Source: Candidatus Bathyarchaeota archaeon (GTDB taxonomy: Archaea > Thermoproteota > Bathyarchaeia > Bathyarchaeales > Bathycorpusculaceae). Taken from it: DNA of 64,000 nt. The notes beneath the pieces were generated by a model. That model had not been told where the DNA came from, ran no database searches, and was given only the letters and a program-made list of their open reading frames with translations. The stretch spans positions 256,001 through 320,000 of the forward strand of contig CAWHVC010000005.1 of assembly GCA_963832745.1 (NCBI GenBank). Reading direction: 5' to 3'. Position 1 is the stretch's first letter. Each line of letters opens with the position of its first letter. This document shows positions 1 to 9,104 of this stretch, one piece after another. A program made the position numbers and the translations under genes.

Positions 1-36
1 AATAGAATATTAGTCTTTCAAATAGATCGAAGGTAC

Positions 37-1149
37 TTATTGCTGAATTAATTGCAGAATTATTGCATGTAATAGTGGGAGGTTGTCTTTGTTGTTTGCA
101 TCTATTGCGTAGGGTGTATTATATGTCCCTGTGTTGTTATTTTGTGTGGCATTTGGGTATCTGGATTGGTAGTCGCTCCAAAAATTACCGGCCAAACCGT
201 TATCCCACGAAACAACATCAGTTGCAATTGAATTATTTGATATTTCATGTCGTGGCTATGTCAATTAACAACTTGCACTTGATTATTTATTAGGTTGTTA
301 CTGAAGAAGACGTTATCAGTACCCCCTGGAAGTTGTATTAATGAAATGTAATTCAATAAGTAAACTCCAACTGAGTTTTGAGTTAAGGAATTATTATATA
401 CTTGAGAACTGTTGGCGCCTTGATATAAAATTCCTGTTTTTTGGTTTTTTAGCGTGTTACCATAAACGATGTATTGTATTACCCGCAGCAAGAGAAATAC
501 CTCCAGAATAATAGGCATCCATTATTGATTTTACCGTTAGAAATTGTGTTTTTTTCGATTGTAACATTGATTGCTTCAACATAGATACCGGTCTGATAAA
601 GTTTCTATATTGTTTTCGGAAATTAAAACGTTATCGGTTCCAGCATGCAATGAATTCCCCAATACCAACTCCCTCGATATTATTTCCAGTCGATAATTTG
701 ATCTTATACCCCAAACCCCAATGCCCATATCGAAAGCCTGAATATCATTATTGGTTATTTGGCAGTTTGAACTGTTATTGGCCATTCCAATTCCGTAATC
801 GCTTCCAGTGATATTGAAATTCAAATTTGCACATTATCCGCCTGTATAGTCTACTGTTGTAAATGGAAGCGTATTTTAGAGTGTGGCCATTGATGATGGT
901 ATCTTCTCGATTTTCCCCGACTAATGTTATTGGTTTGTCGATTACTATTAGCTCGTTGTAAATGCCGTTGCGTACGTGGATTGTGCTTCCGGGTGTGGCG
1001 TTGCCGATTGCCGCTTGTATGGTTGGGTAATCGTCTGGAACAATAATTGACATGGATGATGCATAATGGGTGAAGTATTCAACTAAAGCGGCACCTGACG
1101 CAACCAATAGAACAAATGCCAATATTATTGCCCATTTACTTCTTGACAT
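37..1149 (-). CDS. NosD-like right-handed beta-helix surface protein, broken by several frameshifts
   Basis: Fragments 775-1149 (signal/TM helix, then IIVPDDYPTIQAAI...VRNGIYNE), 576-824 and 261-518 (N/I-rich beta-helix repeats). The C-terminal WDNGLAGNFWSDY...TPYAIDANNKDNLPL is readable at ~70-210 and resembles the end of 15321-16592. Confidence 0.7.
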
Positions 1150-1250
1150 TAAATCGCTTCTATAAAAAACGCTTTTTAAAGAATATTAGTTTGTCGCTAA
1201 CATGGCTATGGAGAATAATAAAGTGTGTTCGAGCAGCTGCTTTATTTTAT

Positions 1251-1420
1251 AAACCAACCTATTAGACTCCAAATAGAAACTCACGCAGAAACCTATAGAG
1301 GTTAGGCAGAAATTGAGCCTAACTTTGAAACCCTGAAACCCTTAGGGGGGTAGGTCAGTTTGGTTGAAAACAAGCGCATTAACATGTTGAAATTCAGTAC
1401 TTTAAACCGGAACTTTTTGG
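1251..1420 (+). repeat. Dispersed intergenic element, copy A
   Basis: CCAACCTATT..TAGAAA..GCAGAAACCTATAGAGG and GGGGTAGGTC..TTGG..GAAAA..CATTAACATGTTGAAA..CAGT match 43873-43960, 44857-44943 and the reverse complements of 14296-14468 and 54353-54554. Confidence 0.8.
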
Positions 1421-1472
1421 TTTATGGGGAATCAAACTAAAATATTAGTTTTAACAGTATTTTGTTTAGCAT

Positions 1473-1570
1473 AGGTCCTGGGGAGCTGAGAAAAATGACT
1501 CGGCTGAGAGGACAACTTAATGGTTGTCGACCCAATGAACCTGACCCAGTTAATACTGGCGGAGGGAACC
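1473..1570 (+). promoter_or_regulatory. TPP (THI-box) riboswitch
   Basis: GGGGAGC..GCTGAGA..ACCC..GAACCTGACCCAGTTAATACTGGCGGAGGGAA matches the TPP aptamer consensus. Stems GCTGAG/CTCGGC, GACAAC/GTTGTC and CCAGT/ACTGG are present. It lies directly upstream of a thiamine transporter gene. Confidence 0.93.
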
Positions 1571-1576
1571 AAACAA

Positions 1577-2125
1577 GTGAACACTACAAACCAAACCAAA
1601 ATTCAAAATCCACCATCTTTTAAAAACCCCAAAGTTTTAGCCGAAATGGCCATATTCACCGCTTTGGCGACGGCGTTAAGCAACATTGTAATTTATGTTA
1701 TGCCGCAGGGCGGTTCAATCACGCTTGCCTCGATGGTGCCAATCATTTGGCTCGCGCTAAGGCGTGGACCAAAAGTTGGCATAGTCACAGGAGCAATCTA
1801 CGGCATGATACAGTTCATGCTGTTGCCATACGCCATTGACCCATTCCAAGTGCTTTTCGATTACCCATTCGCGTTTGCAGTCTTAGGTGTGGCAGGGTTT
1901 TTCCCAAACAGACCCGTCATTGGCTCATCAATCGCTATTTCGCTTCGTTTTGTGATGCATTTCATTTCAGGCGCAGTATGGTGGGCACCCATTTACGCGC
2001 CAGGCGTTGACCCGATCGTTTACTCATCCGTCTACAACGCAAGTTACCTGCTACCTGAACTTGTAATAAGCGGCATCATACTTTACATACTGCAACAAAC
2101 CAGGGTTCTAAAGGCTTACATGTAA
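1577..2125 (+). CDS. thiT: Energy-coupled thiamine transporter S component ThiT
   Basis: LAEMAIFTALA..MPQGGSITLASMVPI..LRRGPKVG..QVLFDYPFAF..RFVMHFISG..YSSVYNASY motifs. Likely start is GTG 1577 after GGAGGG; the listed start at 1520 lies inside the riboswitch. Confidence 0.9.
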   Translation: MNTTNQTKIQNPPSFKNPKVLAEMAIFTALATALSNIVIYVMPQGGSITLASMVPIIWLALRRGPKVGIVTGAIYGMIQFMLLPYAIDPFQVLFDYPFAFAVLGVAGFFPNRPVIGSSIAISLRFVMHFISGAVWWAPIYAPGVDPIVYSSVYNASYLLPELVISGIILYILQQTRVLKAYM

Positions 2126-2137
2126 AGGAGAACAAAA

Positions 2138-3139
2138 GTGGGAAAACTCAGCAACCAAGAACTGCAAAAACTCCTCAACTGCATAAAAAAAGACGACCGT
2201 GTACTTGTGCCTCCAATGATTGGGTACGACGCTGGAGTTCACCGCCTCGGCGACAAACTATTGGTGGTTTCAACTGACCCATGCACCGGCGTGCCCCGTG
2301 AATGGTTCGGTTGGCTACTAATCAACTACTCCGCCTCTGATCTCTCCCTTTTCGGAGCAAAACCAGAATTCTGCACCATCAACCTGCTCGGACCAAGACC
2401 CATCGACCCCACCATCTTCCAAGACATCATGAAACAGACATGCGCCGCCGCAGACGAATACGGAATCAGCATTGTTCGGGGACACACAGGCATGTACGAC
2501 AGCCTAAACGACCTAATGGGCGTCTGCACTGTTTACGGAACCGTTGAACCAGAAAAGCTCATTACGCCGGGAAACGCTAAAGCCGGCGATTTAATAATGT
2601 GCACTAAACCCGTCGGCATTGAAACCCTAACCAATCTCGCCCTGACTCACCCTAAAACTGTAATGGAGCTTTTTGGGGAATCAAAAACCCGAGAACTCGC
2701 TGGCATGGTAAAGATGCAGAGTTGCGTCAGAGAAGCCCAACTATTGGCGGGGGCAGGGTGTGTGGATGCGATGCATGACGCGACCGAGGGCGGATTTGTA
2801 ACGGGGCTAAATGAGTTGTCGGAGGCTTCGAAAGTAGGCATGAAAGTTATTTGGGAAAATATCCCCATCCCCAAAGAAGCTTTGTTGCTGAAAGAGCGGT
2901 TTGGTCTTAGCGACGAGCAAATCTTAGCGTTATCTTCGACGGGCACGATTTTGGCGGCTGTTACACCAGCTAAGAAACAGAAAACTGTTGAAGCTCTAAA
3001 ACAAAACGGGCTTAACGCTTGTTTCATAGGAGAATTCACAGAAAACAAACAAAGAATCATTGTTAAATCAGGAAAAGAAAACGTTTTTCCCGCGTATGCC
3101 GAGGATGTTTACACGCGGCTGCAGTTGATAAAAGAATAA
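2138..3139 (+). CDS. AIR synthase (PurM/ThiL/HypE) family protein
   Basis: GYDAGV, STDP, IVRGHT, GDLIMCTK and AMHDATEGG motifs. Confidence 0.85.
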   Translation: MGKLSNQELQKLLNCIKKDDRVLVPPMIGYDAGVHRLGDKLLVVSTDPCTGVPREWFGWLLINYSASDLSLFGAKPEFCTINLLGPRPIDPTIFQDIMKQTCAAADEYGISIVRGHTGMYDSLNDLMGVCTVYGTVEPEKLITPGNAKAGDLIMCTKPVGIETLTNLALTHPKTVMELFGESKTRELAGMVKMQSCVREAQLLAGAGCVDAMHDATEGGFVTGLNELSEASKVGMKVIWENIPIPKEALLLKERFGLSDEQILALSSTGTILAAVTPAKKQKTVEALKQNGLNACFIGEFTENKQRIIVKSGKENVFPAYAEDVYTRLQLIKE

Positions 3140-3144
3140 AAAAA

Positions 3145-4023
3145 TTATTTTTTGAGCTCTTTGAGTACATAGTTAACGATTTCTTCAGCAATATTTACTT
3201 CTGCAACCGCTTGCAAGCCCTTCCAGCCTGGCTGACTATTCACGTCAACAATACGCGGACCTTCAGGACCCTCAAGAATGTCTACACCAGCAATTTTACA
3301 TCCAACTGCTCTTGCCGATTTTATCGCTAAGTCCTCAAATTCTTTGCTGATTTTCTCTGGAGCAGGTCTGGCGCCTCTGCTATAATTGGTCTTCCAACCT
3401 GTCGCTACTCGACGCATTGAAGCAACGACTTGGTCGCCTATTACGAATGCGCGTATGTCTGAGAAGCCGTGTTGCACAAATTCTTGCATATAAATAACGC
3501 CATGATGGAAGGTAATTGCTTTGAAAATCGTGTCTGCAACGTCAACATCGTTTATGCGAGTTGCTCCTTGACCGCGTGAACCGAAAATCGGTTTAACCAC
3601 AACATCGCCCCCAAGCTCATTAAAGGCTGCTAAAGCTTCGTTTACACTTTCAGTAGCCAACGTGCGCGGCACGGGAACCCCAACGTCTTCCAGAAGGGCC
3701 AAAATATCATACTTGTCAACGCAGTGCTCTATTGCGTTTGGCGGGTTTACCATGTAAAAGCCTTTGCGTTCCATCTTGTACAGCATATCCATTCGGAAAA
3801 CTAATTCTTCAAGTGAACCGCGTCCAATTGGACGAATTATTAGTGCATCTAAATCGTCAAGTATGCTTGTGCCGTTTATTTTGAAGCAAGGTTTGTAGGC
3901 TAATCGTGCGACAAGCCTTGGAAAAGTGAAGCACTCGTAGGGTATACCATGCCGGGTTAAGGCGTCCCGTACTTGGGTGCTACTCCATGCTTCAGGGTTT
4001 CGTGTCATTATGCCAAATTTCAA
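3145..4023 (-). CDS. RimK/MptN family ATP-grasp alpha-L-glutamate ligase
   Basis: RPIGRGSLEE, VVVKPIFGSRGQG, YMQEFV..DIRAFVIG, WKTNYSRG, AGVDIL..DVNSQPGW. Confidence 0.88.
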   Translation of the reverse strand: MKFGIMTRNPEAWSSTQVRDALTRHGIPYECFTFPRLVARLAYKPCFKINGTSILDDLDALIIRPIGRGSLEELVFRMDMLYKMERKGFYMVNPPNAIEHCVDKYDILALLEDVGVPVPRTLATESVNEALAAFNELGGDVVVKPIFGSRGQGATRINDVDVADTIFKAITFHHGVIYMQEFVQHGFSDIRAFVIGDQVVASMRRVATGWKTNYSRGARPAPEKISKEFEDLAIKSARAVGCKIAGVDILEGPEGPRIVDVNSQPGWKGLQAVAEVNIAEEIVNYVLKELKK

Positions 4024-4115
4024 TTTGGGTCTGTCCTGTCCCTTACGTTCTGTTTAGAAAACATGCTGGACATTCGGCTCTTAAAGGTTCTGGGTGGAAT
4101 GAAAAAATTAAGCGC

Positions 4116-4607
4116 TTAATTAGAGTCATCTTCAGGTTTGAAAAAGAATGCGCGGACTCGACTGTTTCTGCCCAGTAATTCACCGATGAATGCACCCATT
4201 GTTAAGCAGATTATTAGAGTTGGAAAAATGAAGAAGGGGTCAACAAAGATGACCTCCAGTAAGCCTGTGCCCATTAGAATTAGCATTATAGCTGCCCAAA
4301 TACCAAAACCGATGATAGAAGCGCCTACAAAAAGAAAAGTGGCCCGCTTAGATTTGGACAAACTAGACGAAGTAACTCTAATGTAACCCATAAGACCAAT
4401 TAGAAGCACGATTGTAACCATCAAAACCGCAATATTGCCTAAACTAAACCCTATCATATAGCCAGCTAATGAAAACGCTATAGCCATAACCATGGCAACC
4501 ATTACCCAGTAAGACTTTTTTGTTGTTATCCCGGGAGCTTCAGGCGTCGCTTCACGTTTTTTCAAATTAGCTTTGGTTTTGGCTTTAGTTTTAGATTGCT
4601 TAGGCAT
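4116..4607 (-). CDS. Hypothetical membrane protein (4 TM)
   Basis: Basic N-terminus followed by four hydrophobic segments. Confidence 0.7.
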   Translation of the reverse strand: MPKQSKTKAKTKANLKKREATPEAPGITTKKSYWVMVAMVMAIAFSLAGYMIGFSLGNIAVLMVTIVLLIGLMGYIRVTSSSLSKSKRATFLFVGASIIGFGIWAAIMLILMGTGLLEVIFVDPFFIFPTLIICLTMGAFIGELLGRNSRVRAFFFKPEDDSN

Positions 4608-4713
4608 GAAAGTAATGTTCCAGCTTCAGCACTTATTAACATTTACAAAAAAACCTGACTATAAATTAAAAAATGAAAATAAATCAAAAAATAAAAAAGA
4701 AAAAGAAGATAAT

Positions 4714-6012
4714 TTACTCAGTTGTGTTTTCGTCGCTTTCGTCGATTTGACCGTCGCTTGCCGCTTCGGTTATGAGGTCGGAAGGCGCCTGATGAGGCGC
4801 TGTAGAAGGGTGGCTGTCATGTGTTAGCTCCTCTACTGTTATGGTTTCAATTGCTGGAGATTCTAATTGTTCCATAACTTTTTCGAGTGTTTGCTCAACT
4901 GAAGCTTGCTCGGTAACCTCGAAGACTTGGAGTGGAACATCCGCAACTGGTTGTTCTTCAGCTACGTCAACAACTGCTTCTTCAACTGGAGCAACTGTTT
5001 CTTCAACGATTGCTGCTTCCATGATTGGTTCTTCAACTGCTGGTACCTCTTCAACCATTGCTTCTTCAATTGGAGCGCATTCCATAACTGGCTCTTCAAC
5101 TACTGGTTCAGCAGCTAAGAATATTGGTTCTGAAGTTGCAATTTCGATTGCTGGCTCTTCTGTTGGAACTTCTGGTTCTGCCGGAGCAATTGGTGCTGCC
5201 TCTTCAACTGGAGCTGCTTCTTCGATTGGGGCTGCATATTCTTCAACTGGCGCGGCTTCCATAATTGGTTCTTCAATTGCTGGAGTTTCGACCATTGGTG
5301 CAGCTTCCTCGATCATTGGAGTTTCTTCAATTGATGCTGTTTCAACTTCGATAGGGGTTTCAATTTGGGCGGCCTCAACTACTGGGGCTACTTCAACTGG
5401 AACATCGATTGCTGGTGCAAGCTCAACTGGAGCTGGTGCTTCTTCTATTGGCGCACATTCCAAAACGGGTTCAGCACAAGCGATTTCTGGCTCGGCTGAG
5501 ACAATTTCTGGAGCAGCTTCAATTACTACTGGCTCGGGTGCAGCTATTGTAACACATTCAGTAATTACTGGTGCTGGAGCAGCTGGGACTTCTGGGGCTA
5601 CTGGAGCTTGAACAGTTTGTACTGGAGCACAAAGCTGCATTGTGGCCTGTTTGATTGTTTCTAACTCATTCTTGGCCGTATCTAGCCCTGTTGTTAAGAG
5701 TGAAATTTCACGTTGATAGATCTCATCTTCAATTTCGCCGACTACGTGTTGAATTTCATAGTTTGCGAGAAGAGATTCTAATGTCTTGATTTGACTTGCT
5801 AATTCATCGGTTTTAATTTGCATTTTTTCTAGAAGATCTTTTTGTTGTCTTTCAATTTCAACCATTGCAGAGGTTATGTCGCTATTGAAAGAGTCTCTTG
5901 TTGATTGCGAGATTCTTCCTGTAGAGTACAGGTTATCTAACGCTTGCTTCTTTTTCTTAGCTATTTCATATTCTTCGTTTAATCGTTTAAATGAATGTTT
6001 CCACGAAATCAC
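4714..6012 (-). CDS. CdvA-like coiled-coil protein with long Glu/Ala/Pro-rich tail
   Basis: The N-terminal ~125 aa (KKKKQALDNLYSTGRISQST...YEIQHVVGEIEDEIY) resembles the CdvA-like coiled-coil domain, followed by ~300 aa of EEAAP/PVEE low-complexity repeats. Confidence 0.65.
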   Translation of the reverse strand: MISWKHSFKRLNEEYEIAKKKKQALDNLYSTGRISQSTRDSFNSDITSAMVEIERQQKDLLEKMQIKTDELASQIKTLESLLANYEIQHVVGEIEDEIYQREISLLTTGLDTAKNELETIKQATMQLCAPVQTVQAPVAPEVPAAPAPVITECVTIAAPEPVVIEAAPEIVSAEPEIACAEPVLECAPIEEAPAPVELAPAIDVPVEVAPVVEAAQIETPIEVETASIEETPMIEEAAPMVETPAIEEPIMEAAPVEEYAAPIEEAAPVEEAAPIAPAEPEVPTEEPAIEIATSEPIFLAAEPVVEEPVMECAPIEEAMVEEVPAVEEPIMEAAIVEETVAPVEEAVVDVAEEQPVADVPLQVFEVTEQASVEQTLEKVMEQLESPAIETITVEELTHDSHPSTAPHQAPSDLITEAASDGQIDESDENTTE

Positions 6013-6440
6013 GTTTAGGCACCGTTAGCCCAGTACTGTAGTATAAGAAATAACGTTTGTTAACATGCACGTATATACGTAACTAATAATTTGTTTTTCC
6101 AGAGCAACAAAAATGAAAAGATTACGTCTAAAACTGCTTTTTGGTTAGGGCTCATTAGCATTAAACAGCTAAATTTTTTCGACACTCTTTGGTTGAAGAG
6201 TAACATTTATGTGTAAATTGCTGCATTGTATTGATTGCTTCAACTTCGACATTTAGATAGTTATGTGTTGAAGAAATTTGCGTTTACGCTGCCGTTAGGC
6301 AGGTATTTTTGTTTGTATCACTTGTTTAATCACATCTTGTTTAGTATAAATTACATTGTTAATGTCATAACATTTTATTCTAAATACGAATAAAACTTAA
6401 ATATATAAACAGGACTAAACAAGTTGATTGTGAATCTAAC

Positions 6441-6800
6441 ATGGTGTTGCTCTCAGTAAGCCTTAACGGGGAAAAAATGGAAGCAAAAATACTCAAAAAA
6501 ATCCAAGAGAGAATAATCAAAAACTTCATGGACACAATAATAATGTCCGAACTCCGAAACGGACCAGTAAGCGGATACGACATAATATCCTATATCCACA
6601 CCAAATTCGGTTTACTAGTAAGCTCCGGCACCGTATACTCTCTACTCTACTCCCTCGAAAGAAACGGACTCATAGAAGGCGTCTGGGTGGAAAGAAAAAG
6701 AGTTTACAAACTAACAGACAAAGGAGCGAAAACAACACAAGTTATACTTGATTCAACCGACAGGATAAAAGGATTCATGACAACCATCCTAAAAGCCTAA
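6441..6800 (+). CDS. PadR family transcriptional regulator
   Basis: GPVSGYDII...SSGTVYSLLYSLERNGLI...KRVYKLTDKG winged-helix signature. Confidence 0.9.
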   Translation: MVLLSVSLNGEKMEAKILKKIQERIIKNFMDTIIMSELRNGPVSGYDIISYIHTKFGLLVSSGTVYSLLYSLERNGLIEGVWVERKRVYKLTDKGAKTTQVILDSTDRIKGFMTTILKA

Positions 6801-6892
6801 AAATAACCATCAAACATCAATTTTGGCCTCCACAGAATCGAAACCCTAAAAAACCCCCACCCGATTTCTATCAGCCGCAACAAAATGCGAGC

Positions 6893-6967
6893 GGGTCCGT
6901 AGCTCAGTCAGGCTAGAGCACCGGACTTTTAATCCGGGGGTCGCGGGTTCAATTCCCGTCGGACCCG
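6893..6967 (+). tRNA. tRNA-Lys (anticodon UUU), intronless, CCA not fully encoded
   Basis: Acceptor stem GGGTCCG/CGGACCC, D arm GCTC/GAGC, anticodon stem CCGGA-CTTTTAA-TCCGG, T loop GGTTCAATTCC. Confidence 0.96.
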
Positions 6968-7040
6968 CCTACATATTCACGAATTTATACTGATAACATA
7001 AAATTTCTAATCTTACCATTTTGCTATTGCTGGTCATTAT

Positions 7041-7355
7041 TCACTTTAACGTTAGAATTATTGGTCCAAGACTGTGCTTTACCCCCGGCAAGCTTGCAAT
7101 AATAGCCACTACATAAGCAGGATTGAGTTCTGAATAGCCTAAATCTCGAACTTCAGACCTTGTTAATTTTTTCTTTTTTGCTAAGTGGTTCCATGCAAGA
7201 GTTACTTCTTTTAGGGGTATGGGTCGTTGTGATTCTGTTGATGTTTTGATAATTATTTGGTTATTGGTAACTTGGGTGATTTCAAAGGGTTTATTTTGGT
7301 AAAGGGTTGTCAAACGTTTACCTTGAAGATTCCTAAGCTCGATGATTAAATCCAT
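7041..7355 (-). CDS. Hypothetical protein
   Basis: 104-aa ORF with ATG and plausible composition, immediately downstream of the tRNA. Confidence 0.55.
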   Translation of the reverse strand: MDLIIELRNLQGKRLTTLYQNKPFEITQVTNNQIIIKTSTESQRPIPLKEVTLAWNHLAKKKKLTRSEVRDLGYSELNPAYVVAIIASLPGVKHSLGPIILTLK

Positions 7356-7650
7356 AATTTCATTTCCGGTTGATTTTTTCTGTGGTTTGTTATCTTTAGT
7401 TTGGATTTAACCTTTTGCAAGAAGGATGCTAAGTAACCCGGATTAAAGTTTGAGTGTAACCCCTAAAAGTTGAAATGCCTTTTTAGGTAATTTTTCATAA
7501 TTCACCATCTAATTTTGAAAAAAACAAAATCATGTATAATAACTACCTGCACATTCTTAGTTGTGTTGCGCGGATTGCATTATTTTTTGAGCCCTAAAAA
7601 GAGATTTTAGGATTACGTAAGAATCTGGGCAAATTAAGTGAGTTGGAAAA

Positions 7651-8655
7651 ATGAGTATAACACAAGTTAACAAAATAAACGAAGCCTCTAAAACGCATCA
7701 GCGCTTAACTGATAAATGTCCAGAATGTTCAAGCAAAAACATCGTTCATGATTACGACACTGGCGAAACCATCTGTGGGGACTGCGGTCTTGTCGTATAT
7801 GAGCAGATGATGGATAAGGGTCCTGAGTGGCGCGCGTTCACACAAGAAGAAAAAGCTTCCAGAAGTCGAGTTGGAATGCCTACATCATACTCAATCCATG
7901 ATAAAGGCTTATCCACAATGATAAGTCAAGTGGACCGCGATGCTTTCGGAAGAAAACTGCCCTTATCCACAAGGCTGCAAATGTGGCGTCTAAGAAAATG
8001 GCAAATCCGAAGCAGAGTCCACTCATCCATTGACAGAAACCTCGCACAAGCAATGGCCGAACTAGACCGTCTATCAGGCAGTATTTCCAGTTCACCTCCA
8101 ATCAAAGAAAAAGCTGCACTCATTTACAGAAAAGCACTCGACAAAGGCTTAGTCCGTGGAAGATCCATATCTGCCATCGCTGCCGCCTCACTGTATGCTG
8201 CATGCCGCAAAAGTGGATCGCCTAGAACCCTTCGCGAAATTGCTGAAGCAAGTTTAGTGAATAAGAAAGATGTTGCAAGATGCTATAGACTGCTACTGCA
8301 AGAACTCGATTTTCATATGCCAGTTTCTGACGCGTTGACCTTCGTTTCAAAAATTGCAGAAAAGAATAAAATTTCAGGTGCAACACAGGGTGCTGCCATA
8401 GCAATACTCAGAGAGGCTAAACAGAAACGGGTTGCATCAGGAAAGGATCCAATGGGCTTGGCTGCAGCTGCACTCTATATAGCTTGTCTTCAGCATAACG
8501 AAAAGGTAACCCAAAAAGACATCGCAGAAGCAGCAGGCGTCACAGAAGTTACAGTTAGAAACAGATACAAGGCCCTAAAGAAGCAGCTAAACCTTGAAAT
8601 ACCTGATCAAAAAGCTCATTTTAAGGAGAATAAACCGTTTCTTTTATCAAACTAA
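7651..8655 (+). CDS. tfb: Transcription initiation factor IIB
   Basis: Zn ribbon CPEC..CGDCG, B-finger GPEWRAF, cyclin repeats with GRS..AAASLY and GKDPMGLAAAALY, TEVTVRNRYK. Confidence 0.96.
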   Translation: MSITQVNKINEASKTHQRLTDKCPECSSKNIVHDYDTGETICGDCGLVVYEQMMDKGPEWRAFTQEEKASRSRVGMPTSYSIHDKGLSTMISQVDRDAFGRKLPLSTRLQMWRLRKWQIRSRVHSSIDRNLAQAMAELDRLSGSISSSPPIKEKAALIYRKALDKGLVRGRSISAIAAASLYAACRKSGSPRTLREIAEASLVNKKDVARCYRLLLQELDFHMPVSDALTFVSKIAEKNKISGATQGAAIAILREAKQKRVASGKDPMGLAAAALYIACLQHNEKVTQKDIAEAAGVTEVTVRNRYKALKKQLNLEIPDQKAHFKENKPFLLSN

Positions 8656-9104
8656 AATAAAAGGCTGTGACGGAATGAAAGGTGAAACAGGCGAACAAGA
8701 CCGGATAAAACCTCAACCTAGAAAAAAGAAGGATCGAGAAGATGCCCGCAAGAAGAAAAAACTTGCCAGAGTTGAAAGACAAAAGTCAAGATAAACCGTA
8801 ATACTACACATAGGCTTTAAAAATTTAAAGTTCTTGCTTATGTTGATGCCGATAGTTTTATCATAGACCCAATAAATTAGGCGCAGTTATGTTAATTAGG
8901 CTCTAAAAAAGGAAATCGTATAAATGACGCATATACAAGGTTGATAACCTTCAAGTGCGGCTCAATTTAACTTCTTTAGGCAATACGACGTATTTTTGTT
9001 AAATTCCTGAGTAGATGGCAGAAATATTTCTTGTCTCTATATTTTATGTAAACTTTGACATAAACAAGAAATAGCCCTTCAACCAAGAGTATAACCGAGC
9101 CCCA

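Noticed and set aside
1251-1420. Dispersed repeats as a CRISPR array
   Set aside because: Copies are kilobases apart, long and degenerate. There is no regular repeat-spacer period and no cas gene.
4841-5611. 256-aa Ser/Gly/Ala-rich ORF on the + strand
   Set aside because: Antisense shadow of the repetitive Glu/Ala/Pro tail of the CdvA-like gene.
8594-8794. Short Lys/Arg-rich ORF after tfb
   Set aside because: A 40-aa basic peptide from ATG ~8675 is possible, but there is no supporting motif.
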